This document shows positions 9,663 through 19,034 of a stretch of 64,000 nt of DNA, piece after piece. Under the pieces are notes generated by a model. The model was given only the letters and a program-made list of their open reading frames with translations, was not told the origin of the DNA and made no database searches. Both the position numbers and the translations under genes were made by a program. Source of the stretch: a virus; the IMG/VR virus record IMGVR_UViG_3300021961_007031; one strand, written 5' to 3'. The first letter of the stretch is position 1; each line of letters begins with the position of its first letter.

Positions 9663-10065
9663 TGAAGGAGTAGTATACAAAGTATATTTAGACCACCTAG
9701 GGTATCCAACATTTGGCATAGGACATTTGATTAGGGAATCAGATCCAGAACATGGCGAACCAGTAGATACTCCAGTAAGTGAAGACAGAGTTGTAGAGGC
9801 ATTTGAACAGGATGTGCAATCAGTATTATCAGACTGTAATAAACTTTACGGAGACTTTGAAGACTTACCAGAGGAAGCCCAGGAAATAATTGCTAATATG
9901 ATGTTTAACCTTGGATATCCAAGATTGTCCAAGTTTAAAGGAATGAAACAAGGAGTTGATACTAGAGACTGGAATAAGGCAGCAGATGAAATGATAGACA
10001 GTAACTGGTATCGTCAAGTGGGCGCAAGGGCCCAAAGACTCGTAGATAGAATGAGAGCCATTTAA
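9625..10065 (+). CDS. T4-type lysozyme (GH24 endolysin)
   Basis: DEG..YLDHLGYPTFGIGHL catalytic E/D/T pattern, NMMFNLG, SNWYRQVG.RA. Confidence 0.9.
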   Translation: MNLDNLRKQLEIDEGVVYKVYLDHLGYPTFGIGHLIRESDPEHGEPVDTPVSEDRVVEAFEQDVQSVLSDCNKLYGDFEDLPEEAQEIIANMMFNLGYPRLSKFKGMKQGVDTRDWNKAADEMIDSNWYRQVGARAQRLVDRMRAI

Positions 10066-10076
10066 GGAGCATAAAC

Positions 10077-10319
10077 ATGGCCACATGGAGAAAAGGACAC
10101 GGCGTTGACCCTGTCGGAAACATTACTGAAGCAGACATTGATACATGGTATGCTAGTAAAGATCGCACTATAGTAGCAGGGCATGACGATGCTGACAGTT
10201 ATGTTAGAAAAGTAATTGTTGCTGGCATTGGTGTAGGCCACACAGTAAAAAACAAAGTTAAAGCAGGTAAGTTTTGGCTACAAATTTCAGGACCAACTAT
10301 TAACAAAATTTGGCAGTGA
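10077..10319 (+). CDS. hypothetical protein
   Basis: TAAGGAG SD. Confidence 0.55.
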   Translation: MATWRKGHGVDPVGNITEADIDTWYASKDRTIVAGHDDADSYVRKVIVAGIGVGHTVKNKVKAGKFWLQISGPTINKIWQ

Positions 10320-10323
10320 GACA

Positions 10324-10935
10324 ATGCGAATTAAAGAAATTTTAGAAGCAGTAGCCCAGGGCACAATTCCCCCTCAAGCTCAAAGAAAAGTACCACAAGG
10401 CACTGGCGCAATGCCAGACGAGTTTGGCGCAAGAACTATGGGTCAGGGCACAGAAGTTAGTGCTAGTGGTAGACAAACTACCTATAACAAGGATGGTTCC
10501 AGTGTTAACACTAGTGCACAAGGTCAGTTTACTAGAGATAAACTTGGTCGTGTTACTCAGGTTCAAACTCCTCGTATAGCTGGTCTTCAACAAACAAACA
10601 AGTACGATCCGGGATCAATTGGCAATAAGCCTACTAGTCAGTCAACTAATTTTAATTATAAGTTGGGTAAAGCTGAAATAGACGCTACTATGCCTGGACC
10701 TGCTAGCCAGGCTGATATCAATAAAGCTACTGATATAAAAGTTAAGTATGGTAATGCTGGAATGCAAGCAACTAGAGGGCCTGATGGTAAACTTACTACT
10801 AGTACAAGTTATGATTTTGGGCCCAATAAAGTCTCTGCAAAAGACGATGGCAGTATTGACGTTCTTAATAAAAAAACAGGCCAAACTTATAAGACATCAA
10901 CTGCCGCAATGGCGGCCGGTAAAGACGGAATTTAG
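10324..10935 (+). CDS. putative virion-internal protein
   Basis: MRIKEILEA N-terminus shared with the 22-33 kb block; G/T/Q-rich. Confidence 0.5.
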   Translation: MRIKEILEAVAQGTIPPQAQRKVPQGTGAMPDEFGARTMGQGTEVSASGRQTTYNKDGSSVNTSAQGQFTRDKLGRVTQVQTPRIAGLQQTNKYDPGSIGNKPTSQSTNFNYKLGKAEIDATMPGPASQADINKATDIKVKYGNAGMQATRGPDGKLTTSTSYDFGPNKVSAKDDGSIDVLNKKTGQTYKTSTAAMAAGKDGI

Positions 10936-10937
10936 GC

Positions 10938-11399
10938 ATGGGATTTAAATTAGCAGCAATTATGTTCGTTCTTATGCTCGCAATGGGTGGCGGTGCGTAT
11001 TGGTATTATAATGATACACAAGAGCGCATGGCTATCCTTGCTGCTAACGAAGCAAAGGCTACTATGGCTGCCCAAACAGCAGAAGCAGCCACAAAAGCCT
11101 TGCAGGAAAGTTATCAGCGTATGAGTCAAGAACTTGACCGTATAAACACACAGTTTGCAGCAGCAAGAGCAAACAATCAAGTACTCTCAGATAAACTTGC
11201 TAGACATGATCTAGCAGTGCTTGGGGAGAAAAAACCCGATACAGTTCAACGCATGATTAACAATGCAAGTGCAAAAGTATTAAGATGCTTTGAAATAGAA
11301 AGTGGTTCAAAATTAACGGAGGCAGAAACAAATGCTACGTCAGGTAAAGCGTTCAATAGTGAGTGTCCTTGGCTGTGGCCTGGTACTCCTAGCCCTTAG
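10938..11399 (+). CDS. putative i-spanin (Rz-like)
   Basis: N-terminal TM, long coiled coil, C-terminal Cys pair; overlaps a lipoprotein gene; near the lysozyme. Confidence 0.65.
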   Translation: MGFKLAAIMFVLMLAMGGGAYWYYNDTQERMAILAANEAKATMAAQTAEAATKALQESYQRMSQELDRINTQFAAARANNQVLSDKLARHDLAVLGEKKPDTVQRMINNASAKVLRCFEIESGSKLTEAETNATSGKAFNSECPWLWPGTPSP

Positions 11400-11811
11400 T
11401 GGATGTGGAAGTAAGCCCAAGGTCCTAGAGGTTAGTGCCAAGCCAGTCGAAATTCCAAAATTAGTTCTGCCCAAAGCAGATGTTCTAAATTTACAAAGCA
11501 AACAAGTAACATGGCATGTAGTTACACTTGAAAACTATCAACAAGTATTTGATATGATCCAAAAGTCTGGCAGACCCATGACGCTGTTTGCAATTACAGA
11601 TAAAGGTTATAGCAACCTTGGCGAAAATTTAAGTGCTATTAGAGCATTTATCGAGCAGCAAAAGGCAATTATTGTTGCTTATGAAAATTATTACCAACAG
11701 AGTGATAAAGCTATCAAAGACGCCAATAAAGAAATAGAACAAACTAACGAAAACATTAAGAAAAACAGAGAAGCATCCGAAGGCTTCGACTGGAAAGGAT
11801 TATTGAAATGA
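11332..11811 (+). CDS. putative o-spanin lipoprotein (Rz1-like)
   Basis: Lipobox LSGC, Pro-rich linker; 68-nt overlap with the i-spanin. Confidence 0.65.
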   Translation: MLRQVKRSIVSVLGCGLVLLALSGCGSKPKVLEVSAKPVEIPKLVLPKADVLNLQSKQVTWHVVTLENYQQVFDMIQKSGRPMTLFAITDKGYSNLGENLSAIRAFIEQQKAIIVAYENYYQQSDKAIKDANKEIEQTNENIKKNREASEGFDWKGLLK

Positions 11812-12272
11812 AGAAATACCTAGTAGCCGGAATTGCAGTAGTAGCACTTTTAGCAGCAGGTGGCGTTGGTTACGCAACAGTTAGCAACGATTGTGGTTAT
11901 GACGAAAAAGGTCAATTCCACAAGGGAGGCAAAGTGTATGCATACGGTACAATGGCTGATGCAAAGAAGTGTGCTGAAAAAGGTATACTTCCTGAAGTAA
12001 TAGCCAAGCGTTTAGGCGCATGGGGCAATGCAAAAACAAAAGCAGAAGCTCAAGCAATTAAAGATTTAAATGCAAAAGTAATTGCAGATAAGAAAGCAGC
12101 AGAAGAAGCAGCAAGAGCCAAAGCAGAAGCTGAAGCAGCAGCAAAAAAGGCAGCTGAAGAAGAAGCAGCCCGTCAAGCGGCTGAGGCAGAAGCAGCTAAA
12201 AAAGCAGCAGCATTACTACTACTTCAAGAAGCAGCCAAAGCAAAGGCAGCAGCACCAGCAGAGGTAAAATAG
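11808..12272 (+). CDS. exported Ala/Lys/Glu-rich protein
   Basis: Signal or TM segment followed by a TolA-like AAEEAA helix. Confidence 0.5.
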   Translation: MKKYLVAGIAVVALLAAGGVGYATVSNDCGYDEKGQFHKGGKVYAYGTMADAKKCAEKGILPEVIAKRLGAWGNAKTKAEAQAIKDLNAKVIADKKAAEEAARAKAEAEAAAKKAAEEEAARQAAEAEAAKKAAALLLLQEAAKAKAAAPAEVK

Positions 12273-12276
12273 ACTA

Positions 12277-12465
12277 ATGACAGGATATTTTTGTAATAAT
12301 TGTGGACGCCCAAGTCATTGTAGTGCCCCTTTATATGAAGATTATCGTAATTGGAAAATGGAGTACATGGGACAACTAAGAGTATGTGATAATTGTAGTT
12401 GTCCAGCATGTACACAAAAACTGGATGATCTAGAACTTCCTCATCCAGGAGATATAGGTTGTTAA
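12277..12465 (+). CDS. small Cys-rich metal-binding protein
   Basis: CNNCGRPSHC...CDNCSCPAC. Confidence 0.55.
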   Translation: MTGYFCNNCGRPSHCSAPLYEDYRNWKMEYMGQLRVCDNCSCPACTQKLDDLELPHPGDIGC

Positions 12466-12596
12466 CACAGGAAACAAAACCTGTGTGTCAGAATTGCGGT
12501 CACCCCTGTCATTGTGATACACTAGTTTGTGTTGAGTGTCATTGTATAGCATGTTTGCACAATGACGAGGAGACAAATCATGTTAGACATGATTGA
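12459..12596 (+). CDS. small Cys-rich paralog missed by the ORF track (45 aa, TTG start)
   Basis: MLTQETKPVCQNCGHPCHCDTLVCVECHCIACLHNDEETNHVRHD; AGGAG SD at 12447-12451. Confidence 0.55.
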   Translation: MLTQETKPVCQNCGHPCHCDTLVCVECHCIACLHNDEETNHVRHD

Positions 12597-12879
12597 GCGT
12601 ATGGCGAGCGATCGCCTCTGGATTTATACAAGTATTGCGGGTAGTATTGCAGGTGCTGCCTGTTTAGCCTATTTAAGCACTACACGCATAGGCTTGTGGG
12701 GATATGCACAGTTTGATAAACTTGTGGATTATCTTGTTGCTCGTTGGGGACTTACATGGCTAGAACAGCCCGACGATGCTTGGCGTAAACGCTATCCAAA
12801 AATTACTGCTAAGATTGATGAACTTGAAGCTCGTCTTGCTAGCCTCGAAAGACCCCCAAAAACAACTAAGAAAAAATAA
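12580..12879 (+). CDS. small membrane protein (holin candidate)
   Basis: GAGGAG SD, N-terminal TM, basic C-terminus. Confidence 0.45.
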   Translation: MLDMIERMASDRLWIYTSIAGSIAGAACLAYLSTTRIGLWGYAQFDKLVDYLVARWGLTWLEQPDDAWRKRYPKITAKIDELEARLASLERPPKTTKKK

Positions 12880-12930
12880 CATAACTTTAACAAAAGTGTA
12901 ACAGGAATGTAACATACTCGTGTTTAAATA
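12875..12930 (+). promoter_or_regulatory. Pho-box-like array upstream of pstS, followed by TAAATA
   Basis: AATAACA, TTTAACA, TGTAACA, TGTAACA at exact 11-bp spacing (12875, 12886, 12897, 12908); TAAATA at 12925-12930. Confidence 0.7.
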
Positions 12931-12959
12931 GTGGTATCATACACACAGGGAGACACAGT

Positions 12960-13970
12960 ATGAAAAACATTTTAATAACCTTAGCAGCCCTTGTATTGGC
13001 TGCAACAACAACACAAGCAGTTGCAAGAGATCAAATCAAGACCGTAGGCTCATCTACGGTTTTTCCTTTTGCAACTGTAGCTGCTGAAACATTTGCCAAA
13101 AACGGCAACAAAGCACCTATTATTGAATCAACTGGCACAGGTGGTGGCATGAAGCTATTTTGTGCTGGCATAGGCGTACAGCACCCAGACTTGACAAACG
13201 CAAGTCGTGCAATTAAAAAGAACGAAGTTGAAACTTGTAAAAAAAATGGCGTTACTCCATTAGAAGTTAAGATAGGTTTTGATGGCATTGCAATTGCAAA
13301 CTCTAAAGAAGGTGCAAAAGTTTCATTGACCCTTAAAGATGTATTCCTAGCACTAGCAAAGAATGTGCCAGATGGTAAGGGCGGAATGATACCAAATCCA
13401 TACAAAACATGGAAAGACGTGCGTAGCGATCTCCCCAACCAGCAGATCGAAGTTTTAGGGCCACCACCAACATCAGGTACAAGAGATGCATTTGTAGAAA
13501 TTGCAATGGAAGGTGGAGCAAAGCAAATTCCAGAATTAGCAGAACTTCGCAAGTCCAAGAAAAAAGTATTTCAAGCAATAGCACACACACTTCGTGAAGA
13601 TGGTGCTTTTATTGAAGCAGGCGAAAACGATAACCTGATTGTCCAAAAACTAGTGGCTAACCCAAAAGCATTTGGTGTTTTTGGTTTTAGTTTCTTAGAC
13701 GCTAACGGTGACAAGATTCAAGGTGCAACTGTAGAAGGTGCACAACCAACATTTGAAAACATTGCAAGTGGCAAATACAAAGTAAGCCGTTCACTTTACT
13801 TTTATGTAAAGAAAGAACACTTAGCCAGCATTCCAAACCTAAAAGAATATGTACAATGGTTTGTAAGCGAAAGAACTATTGGTGAAGAAGGTACAGCGGT
13901 CGATAAGGGACTTATTCCTTTACCAGCAGCAGATCTTAAAAAACTTCAACAAACAGTTGACGCAATGTAA
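12960..13970 (+). CDS. pstS: phosphate ABC transporter substrate-binding protein PstS
   Basis: Signal peptide, VGSSTVFP, STGTGGG, NASR, SGTRDAF, SRSLYFY. Confidence 0.93.
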   Translation: MKNILITLAALVLAATTTQAVARDQIKTVGSSTVFPFATVAAETFAKNGNKAPIIESTGTGGGMKLFCAGIGVQHPDLTNASRAIKKNEVETCKKNGVTPLEVKIGFDGIAIANSKEGAKVSLTLKDVFLALAKNVPDGKGGMIPNPYKTWKDVRSDLPNQQIEVLGPPPTSGTRDAFVEIAMEGGAKQIPELAELRKSKKKVFQAIAHTLREDGAFIEAGENDNLIVQKLVANPKAFGVFGFSFLDANGDKIQGATVEGAQPTFENIASGKYKVSRSLYFYVKKEHLASIPNLKEYVQWFVSERTIGEEGTAVDKGLIPLPAADLKKLQQTVDAM

Positions 13971-13996
13971 AACTTGTGTTACATTGATACATAAGG

Positions 13997-14027
13997 ATAG
14001 GGAGGAACCATTCCTCCCTATTTCCTT
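13997..14027 (+). terminator. intrinsic terminator after pstS
   Basis: 11-bp stem ATAGGGAGGAA-CCA-TTCCTCCCTAT followed by a pyrimidine/T tract. Confidence 0.65.
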
Positions 14028-14039
14028 AAGGAATATTCG

Positions 14040-14342
14040 ATGAGCACAGACAAAGTCAAAACCAGATACATCACCGCATTTTACACAGTATTTTTAGCAA
14101 AACTAAAGCGCATTGAAGAACGCATAGAAGCAGGCACTGCAGACGACGAAGACCTTAAAGATCATCAAAGTCTAACCAAGACACTAGCAAAAATTGAAGC
14201 ACAGGAAAACGGCGTAGAGGCAGGTGACAAAGATGATAAAACACTTGCTCGTGAACTACTAAAACAGGCAGAAAAACTCACTGCACAAGCATATAGATTA
14301 GATCCGTCCTTAGACCCGGCAAATAAACTTAAGGTAGCTTAG
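14040..14342 (+). CDS. hypothetical helical protein
   Basis: AAGGA SD; ORF. Confidence 0.5.
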   Translation: MSTDKVKTRYITAFYTVFLAKLKRIEERIEAGTADDEDLKDHQSLTKTLAKIEAQENGVEAGDKDDKTLARELLKQAEKLTAQAYRLDPSLDPANKLKVA

Positions 14343-14904
14343 ATTTAATTAAGTCAACAACTCTTTGGCTTTGAACAATCTCATAGTGGTTACGATCTAT
14401 TTCAACATGATCCATATCACTACGAGATTTCATACTTGCATGTGTGCAAATACCATCGTTTCTACCCGTTAACCAACTAACATCTCCAGCAGTTGATACT
14501 ACCTGTGTCCAGGGAACATCAATTTTAATAGTCCTGCTGTCTCTTATAAAACTACTCTGAGGTGTAATGTCTCTAAAAAGTTGAACGCCGGGATTCATAA
14601 ATCTACCCCAGGTTGCTATTTCACTACCATTATATGGTGTACTTAAAGTTATGCCTCCTATAACTTTATGTCTGTATTCTCTTAAAAGGTATAGGCTATA
14701 AATACCGCCCAAACTATGTCCCACAAAGAAGAAGTCTTCTTCGTATTCTCGCAACTCATCTATAAATCTCTCTATATTTCGGTGTGCACTGCATTCATTA
14801 CTGTCGTATATGCAGTAATGTATTTTATCAAACTGTAAGCTCTGCTGTATAAATGCAAAACTACGCTCGCTTGCATTTGCTCCGTGTGTGTATATGATTC
14901 TCAT
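14329..14904 (-). CDS. alpha/beta hydrolase (esterase/lipase-like)
   Basis: YTHG, GHSLGG nucleophile elbow, NDG, NH; likely start MRIIYTHG at 14904. Confidence 0.85.
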   Translation of the reverse strand: MRIIYTHGANASERSFAFIQQSLQFDKIHYCIYDSNECSAHRNIERFIDELREYEEDFFFVGHSLGGIYSLYLLREYRHKVIGGITLSTPYNGSEIATWGRFMNPGVQLFRDITPQSSFIRDSRTIKIDVPWTQVVSTAGDVSWLTGRNDGICTHASMKSRSDMDHVEIDRNHYEIVQSQRVVDLIKSKLP

Positions 14905-14907
14905 CAA

Positions 14908-14921
14908 ATATTTATAAATAT
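14908..14921. promoter_or_regulatory. palindromic bidirectional T4-type late promoter
   Basis: ATATTTATAAATAT reads TATAAATA on both strands between divergent genes. Confidence 0.6.
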
Positions 14922-14947
14922 GCAAAGTAAAGTTGAGGAGTGCTGAT

Positions 14948-15283
14948 ATGTCAGACGAAGAAAGAGCCCCAATACGTCAAAAGATAGAACTAGAAGTTGA
15001 ACTAGACACTAGTGAAAAGGTTGTCCTACCAAACAAATATCAGAATGTTATTGATCTTGCTAAAGCAGTTGATGCATGGAGAATTTTCCCAAGATTGTTC
15101 CTAACAGTTTATATTATTCTACTGTACAAGACCGTTATTTGGTTCATGGCATTGCAAGATCCAAATGTAAACCAAGCAGGGTTAATCTCTGTTGTAGTTG
15201 GAGCAGGCGCAGCATGGTTTGGTTTGTATACTGGCAGCAGCAAAAAGTTTGACGGTGCACCACCAGCAGCACCCAAAAAATAA
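14948..15283 (+). CDS. 2-TM membrane protein (holin candidate)
   Basis: GAGGAG SD; DAWRIFPR followed by two TM helices; follows a late promoter. Confidence 0.5.
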   Translation: MSDEERAPIRQKIELEVELDTSEKVVLPNKYQNVIDLAKAVDAWRIFPRLFLTVYIILLYKTVIWFMALQDPNVNQAGLISVVVGAGAAWFGLYTGSSKKFDGAPPAAPKK

Positions 15284-15289
15284 TAACTA

Positions 15290-15317
15290 TTGACAACTAG
15301 ATTTCTGCATGTATAAT
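15290..15317 (+). promoter_or_regulatory. sigma70 promoter of dnaJ-clpA, leaderless geometry
   Basis: TTGACA-N16-TATAAT; ATG 7 nt after the -10; no SD. Confidence 0.7.
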
Positions 15318-15324
15318 TATATGT

Positions 15325-16182
15325 ATGAACTACTATGATCTCCTTGGTGTAGAGAAATCTGCATCCGCTGACCAGATTAAAAGTGCTTTTAGGACCAAAG
15401 CCAGAAGCACTCATCCTGATGCGGGCGGAGATCCTGAGGATTTTAAGCGTCTAAATGAAGCATACGAAACACTTAAAGATCCAGGCAAACGTGCTGAATA
15501 TGACCACGCTAGTAGTGGTGCTGGGCGTATACATGTAAACATTAACGGCAGTCATCATGACATTTTTAGTAATATTTTTAGAGACATGCACAATGTTTTT
15601 GGACAGGAACAGGGACCTTTTGCTGGAACAAGAACATACAGGCGCCAACAACGCAATAAAGATTTAAGTATAGAGTACACTTGCAAATTAGAAGACACAC
15701 TTGCAGAGCAGGTAAAGCAAGTTAGTGTAAAACAAATAAGCGGCGATCGTAGATTAGTAGAAATAAAAATACCAATTGGTGTAAAAAATGGTCAGACAAT
15801 AAGGTATCATAAACTTGGTGACAATACATTTAAGGAGTTGACGCCAGGCGATTTACATGTTAAAATTAATATTATTCCAACAAGATTTGAAATTGAAGGG
15901 AATAATTTACACTTAAATCATACTATAGACTGTTTTGAAGCAATACTGGGCACAACTATACAGGTTAGGACACTGGAAGGCAAAACTCTAAATACAAACA
16001 TTCCGCCTGGCATACAGCATGGTATGAGCATGGGATTAAAAGGTCATGGGTTGTATGAGTTTAACAACCCTGGTAACAGAGGCGCATTGCTGGTAAAAGT
16101 AAACATCAAAATACCTGAGAACCTAACTCAAGAACAATTAAATATGATTAGAGCCATTAAGGAAGTTACAGTTGAAACATAG
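15325..16182 (+). CDS. dnaJ: DnaJ-class co-chaperone (class B/CbpA-like, no Zn finger)
   Basis: J-domain with HPD and a DnaJ C-terminal domain. Confidence 0.9.
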   Translation: MNYYDLLGVEKSASADQIKSAFRTKARSTHPDAGGDPEDFKRLNEAYETLKDPGKRAEYDHASSGAGRIHVNINGSHHDIFSNIFRDMHNVFGQEQGPFAGTRTYRRQQRNKDLSIEYTCKLEDTLAEQVKQVSVKQISGDRRLVEIKIPIGVKNGQTIRYHKLGDNTFKELTPGDLHVKINIIPTRFEIEGNNLHLNHTIDCFEAILGTTIQVRTLEGKTLNTNIPPGIQHGMSMGLKGHGLYEFNNPGNRGALLVKVNIKIPENLTQEQLNMIRAIKEVTVET

Positions 16183-18439
16183 TCCTCAAATTGACAAAAT
16201 TGTAGAAATTACAATGAAGGAAGCAAAAAAACGCAATCACAAATATGTGACTAGCGAACACTTGCTTTATGTACTACTGGGCAACGAACATATATCCGGA
16301 ATTCTTATAAAATTTGGTGTCCAATTGGACTTGTTTATTGCAGAAGTTCAGGAATATCTGGACAATAAACTAAAGCCAGAAGAGCAACCTGTAAACGAAC
16401 CTAAAAAAACACATACTATTGACAGAGTATTCAACCGTGCGTATTCACAAGTATTGTTTAGTGGACGCAATGAACTATTAGTAATGGATGTATTAATTAG
16501 TTTACTTGCTGAAGCAAACACTATGAGCAGTTATTTTCTACTCAAATACAATGTTAACAAAGAAGAACTAATAGAATTTATTACTGTAAATTTTGCCAAA
16601 GACTTGTATAATGATCAGGCAAGCAAGTATTATGAAAAGTTATTAGAAGAATATACAACTGACTTTACTAAACTAGCAAAAGATGGTAGTATAGATCCTG
16701 CTATTGGTAGAGATTCAATAATAGATGACATTTGCCAGACTATGGCTAGACGCAACAAAAGTAATGTATTAATGGTTGGAGATCCTGGTGTAGGTAAAAC
16801 TGCTATAGCAGAAGGTTTGGCAATTAAAATAGTAGAAGATGATGTTCCTGTATACCTCAAGGATCATAAAGTTTACAACTTGGATATTGGCGTGTTACTT
16901 GCTGGTACTCAGTATAGGGGTCAGTTCGAAGAGCGTGTAAAAGAAGTAATGGAAGCGTTAATGAACGAGGGTAAATGTATCTTGTTTATTGACGAAGCAC
17001 ATACAATGAAGGGTGCTGGTGCTGGATCCAGCGGCGGTACTGACTTTGCAAACATGCTCAAACCATATTTGGGCCGTGGTAAACTTAAAGTTATTGCAAG
17101 CACTACCTGGGAAGAATACACAGAGTCATTTGAAAAAGACCGTGCTCTAATGCGACGCTTCTATCGTGTTACTGTAGATGAGCCAACACCTGCACTAGCA
17201 AAGCAAATACTTAATGGTACAGTAAAGTACTATGAAGATTTCCATAATATGGATATTTCACCTGACAGTATTGACAGTGCTGTAGATTTAAGTGTCAGAT
17301 TTATGACTGACAAGCGTTTACCTGACAAGGCATTTGATCTAATTGACAGTGCCTGTGCAAGACAGAGACTACTGGGTGTAGAACAACCTACAATTACCAA
17401 GGAACTTATTGAACTAGAGTGCAGTAAAATTACTGGTATCCCATTGGATCAATTAAGCGATACAGTGACTAAAAGCGTAAACCTCATAAAGGTTGAGGAA
17501 AAGATCAAGAGCAAAGTTTATGGTCAGGACGAAACTGTAGAAAAGGTAATGGAAAAAGTTTATGTTAGTAAAGCAGGGCTTGCTCCTAATGATAAACCAA
17601 TTGGCGTATTCCTTTTCCTAGGCCCAACTGGCACTGGTAAAACAGAACTTGCTAAACAACTTAGCCAAAGACTTACAATGCAACTGTTACGCTATGACAT
17701 GAGTGAATATCAGGAACGTCACAGCGTTGCCAGATTTATAGGCGCACCTCCTGGCTATGTTGGATATGATGATAGCAGTTTAGGCGGCGGGTTATTAATT
17801 AGAGATATAGAGCGCAATCCTAACAGCGTTGTCCTGTTTGACGAAATAGAAAAAGCACACCCTGATGTAACAAATGTTCTCTTACAACTTATGGATGAAG
17901 GGTTTATTACTGCTACAAACGGCAAGCGTGTAGACTGTCGTAACACAATTGTTATTATGACTAGTAACCTGGGTGCACAGGAAATGGAACGCGAGCCCAT
18001 TGGTTTTGGTAGAACTTCTCGTTCAGGCGAAGATGACAAAGCAATGCAAGAGTTTTTTAGACCAGAGTTTAGAAACCGCATTGATGCTGTTTGCAAGTTT
18101 AACAAACTTGATGCACTTACAAAACGCAAGATTGTTATAAAGTTCGTACAGGACTTTACCGACCAATTACAGGAAAAAGGCATCAGTTTACATATAGACG
18201 AACCAAGTGTAGATTATATCCTAGATAGAGGATTCGATGAAAAGATGGGTGCAAGACCTGTTGCTAGAACTGTAGACAAATTACTAAGAGTTCCAGTTAG
18301 TAAGGAGTTAGTGGTTGACAACTCGCTAAAAGGCTGTAAAATAAAGGTTAGAGTTAATAAACATGGTTTACTCCTTAAATTTGTAAGGCAAAATGATGAC
18401 GAATCTAAGTCAGTTAGAGAAATTAACGTCAAAGTATAA
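16172..18439 (+). CDS. clpA: ClpA-type AAA+ unfoldase
   Basis: Clp N-domain, GDPGVGKT and GPTGTGKT, no ClpB M-domain, PIGF ClpP-docking loop. Confidence 0.88.
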   Translation: MKHSPQIDKIVEITMKEAKKRNHKYVTSEHLLYVLLGNEHISGILIKFGVQLDLFIAEVQEYLDNKLKPEEQPVNEPKKTHTIDRVFNRAYSQVLFSGRNELLVMDVLISLLAEANTMSSYFLLKYNVNKEELIEFITVNFAKDLYNDQASKYYEKLLEEYTTDFTKLAKDGSIDPAIGRDSIIDDICQTMARRNKSNVLMVGDPGVGKTAIAEGLAIKIVEDDVPVYLKDHKVYNLDIGVLLAGTQYRGQFEERVKEVMEALMNEGKCILFIDEAHTMKGAGAGSSGGTDFANMLKPYLGRGKLKVIASTTWEEYTESFEKDRALMRRFYRVTVDEPTPALAKQILNGTVKYYEDFHNMDISPDSIDSAVDLSVRFMTDKRLPDKAFDLIDSACARQRLLGVEQPTITKELIELECSKITGIPLDQLSDTVTKSVNLIKVEEKIKSKVYGQDETVEKVMEKVYVSKAGLAPNDKPIGVFLFLGPTGTGKTELAKQLSQRLTMQLLRYDMSEYQERHSVARFIGAPPGYVGYDDSSLGGGLLIRDIERNPNSVVLFDEIEKAHPDVTNVLLQLMDEGFITATNGKRVDCRNTIVIMTSNLGAQEMEREPIGFGRTSRSGEDDKAMQEFFRPEFRNRIDAVCKFNKLDALTKRKIVIKFVQDFTDQLQEKGISLHIDEPSVDYILDRGFDEKMGARPVARTVDKLLRVPVSKELVVDNSLKGCKIKVRVNKHGLLLKFVRQNDDESKSVREINVKV

Positions 18440-19034
18440 TCTACGCCTAATTAAAAGCGATAGAAAATTCTATAAAAAATATTGTTACAAATTAGCCTAT
18501 TATGTGTATAGTGCAAAGTATCCAAACATGGATTACTTTGACAAAATACTGGACAAACGAGTATATGCATTCCGTAACAACATGCACATTAGACGAGAGC
18601 AGGGCAAGATCAATGTGTATGCTACTAACATTGAAGATTTACAACAGTACATTAACGAATTTTCCGAAATGGATTATGTAGAATTAGCATACTTCCCTGA
18701 AGATGTTCCAGTAAATGTTAAACTACGAAAAACCCAACCAGAGTATCCGTATGAAGTAAAGTTACGCCGGCATGTTAAAAAAGAAACATTACAAACATTC
18801 TGGCAAACACATTGTGATAAAATGTGGATCAATAAAGACAGTAAGTATGAATTGGATTTAGCGCCAGAACTTAAACAGTTTATCCTATGGATACCAAAAG
18901 TAACCCGTACTAAAACTTGGCTAAGTACAACCTGGCGATTTAATGATGAGGATGTAAAAAACTTATTTGTGTTCACATTTGGCGAGCATGTACAGCAAGA
19001 AACCCTATACAAAAAGGAAAGCACAGATGAATAA
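18393..19034 (+). CDS. hypothetical protein
   Basis: ORF in operon. Confidence 0.5.
   Translation: MMTNLSQLEKLTSKYNLRLIKSDRKFYKKYCYKLAYYVYSAKYPNMDYFDKILDKRVYAFRNNMHIRREQGKINVYATNIEDLQQYINEFSEMDYVELAYFPEDVPVNVKLRKTQPEYPYEVKLRRHVKKETLQTFWQTHCDKMWINKDSKYELDLAPELKQFILWIPKVTRTKTWLSTTWRFNDEDVKNLFVFTFGEHVQQETLYKKESTDE

Noticed and set aside
13031-13558. Long antisense ORFs (also 51875..52354, 17755..18183, 45067..45540)
   Set aside because: They are shadows of well-supported + strand genes, with no SD or recognisable motifs.
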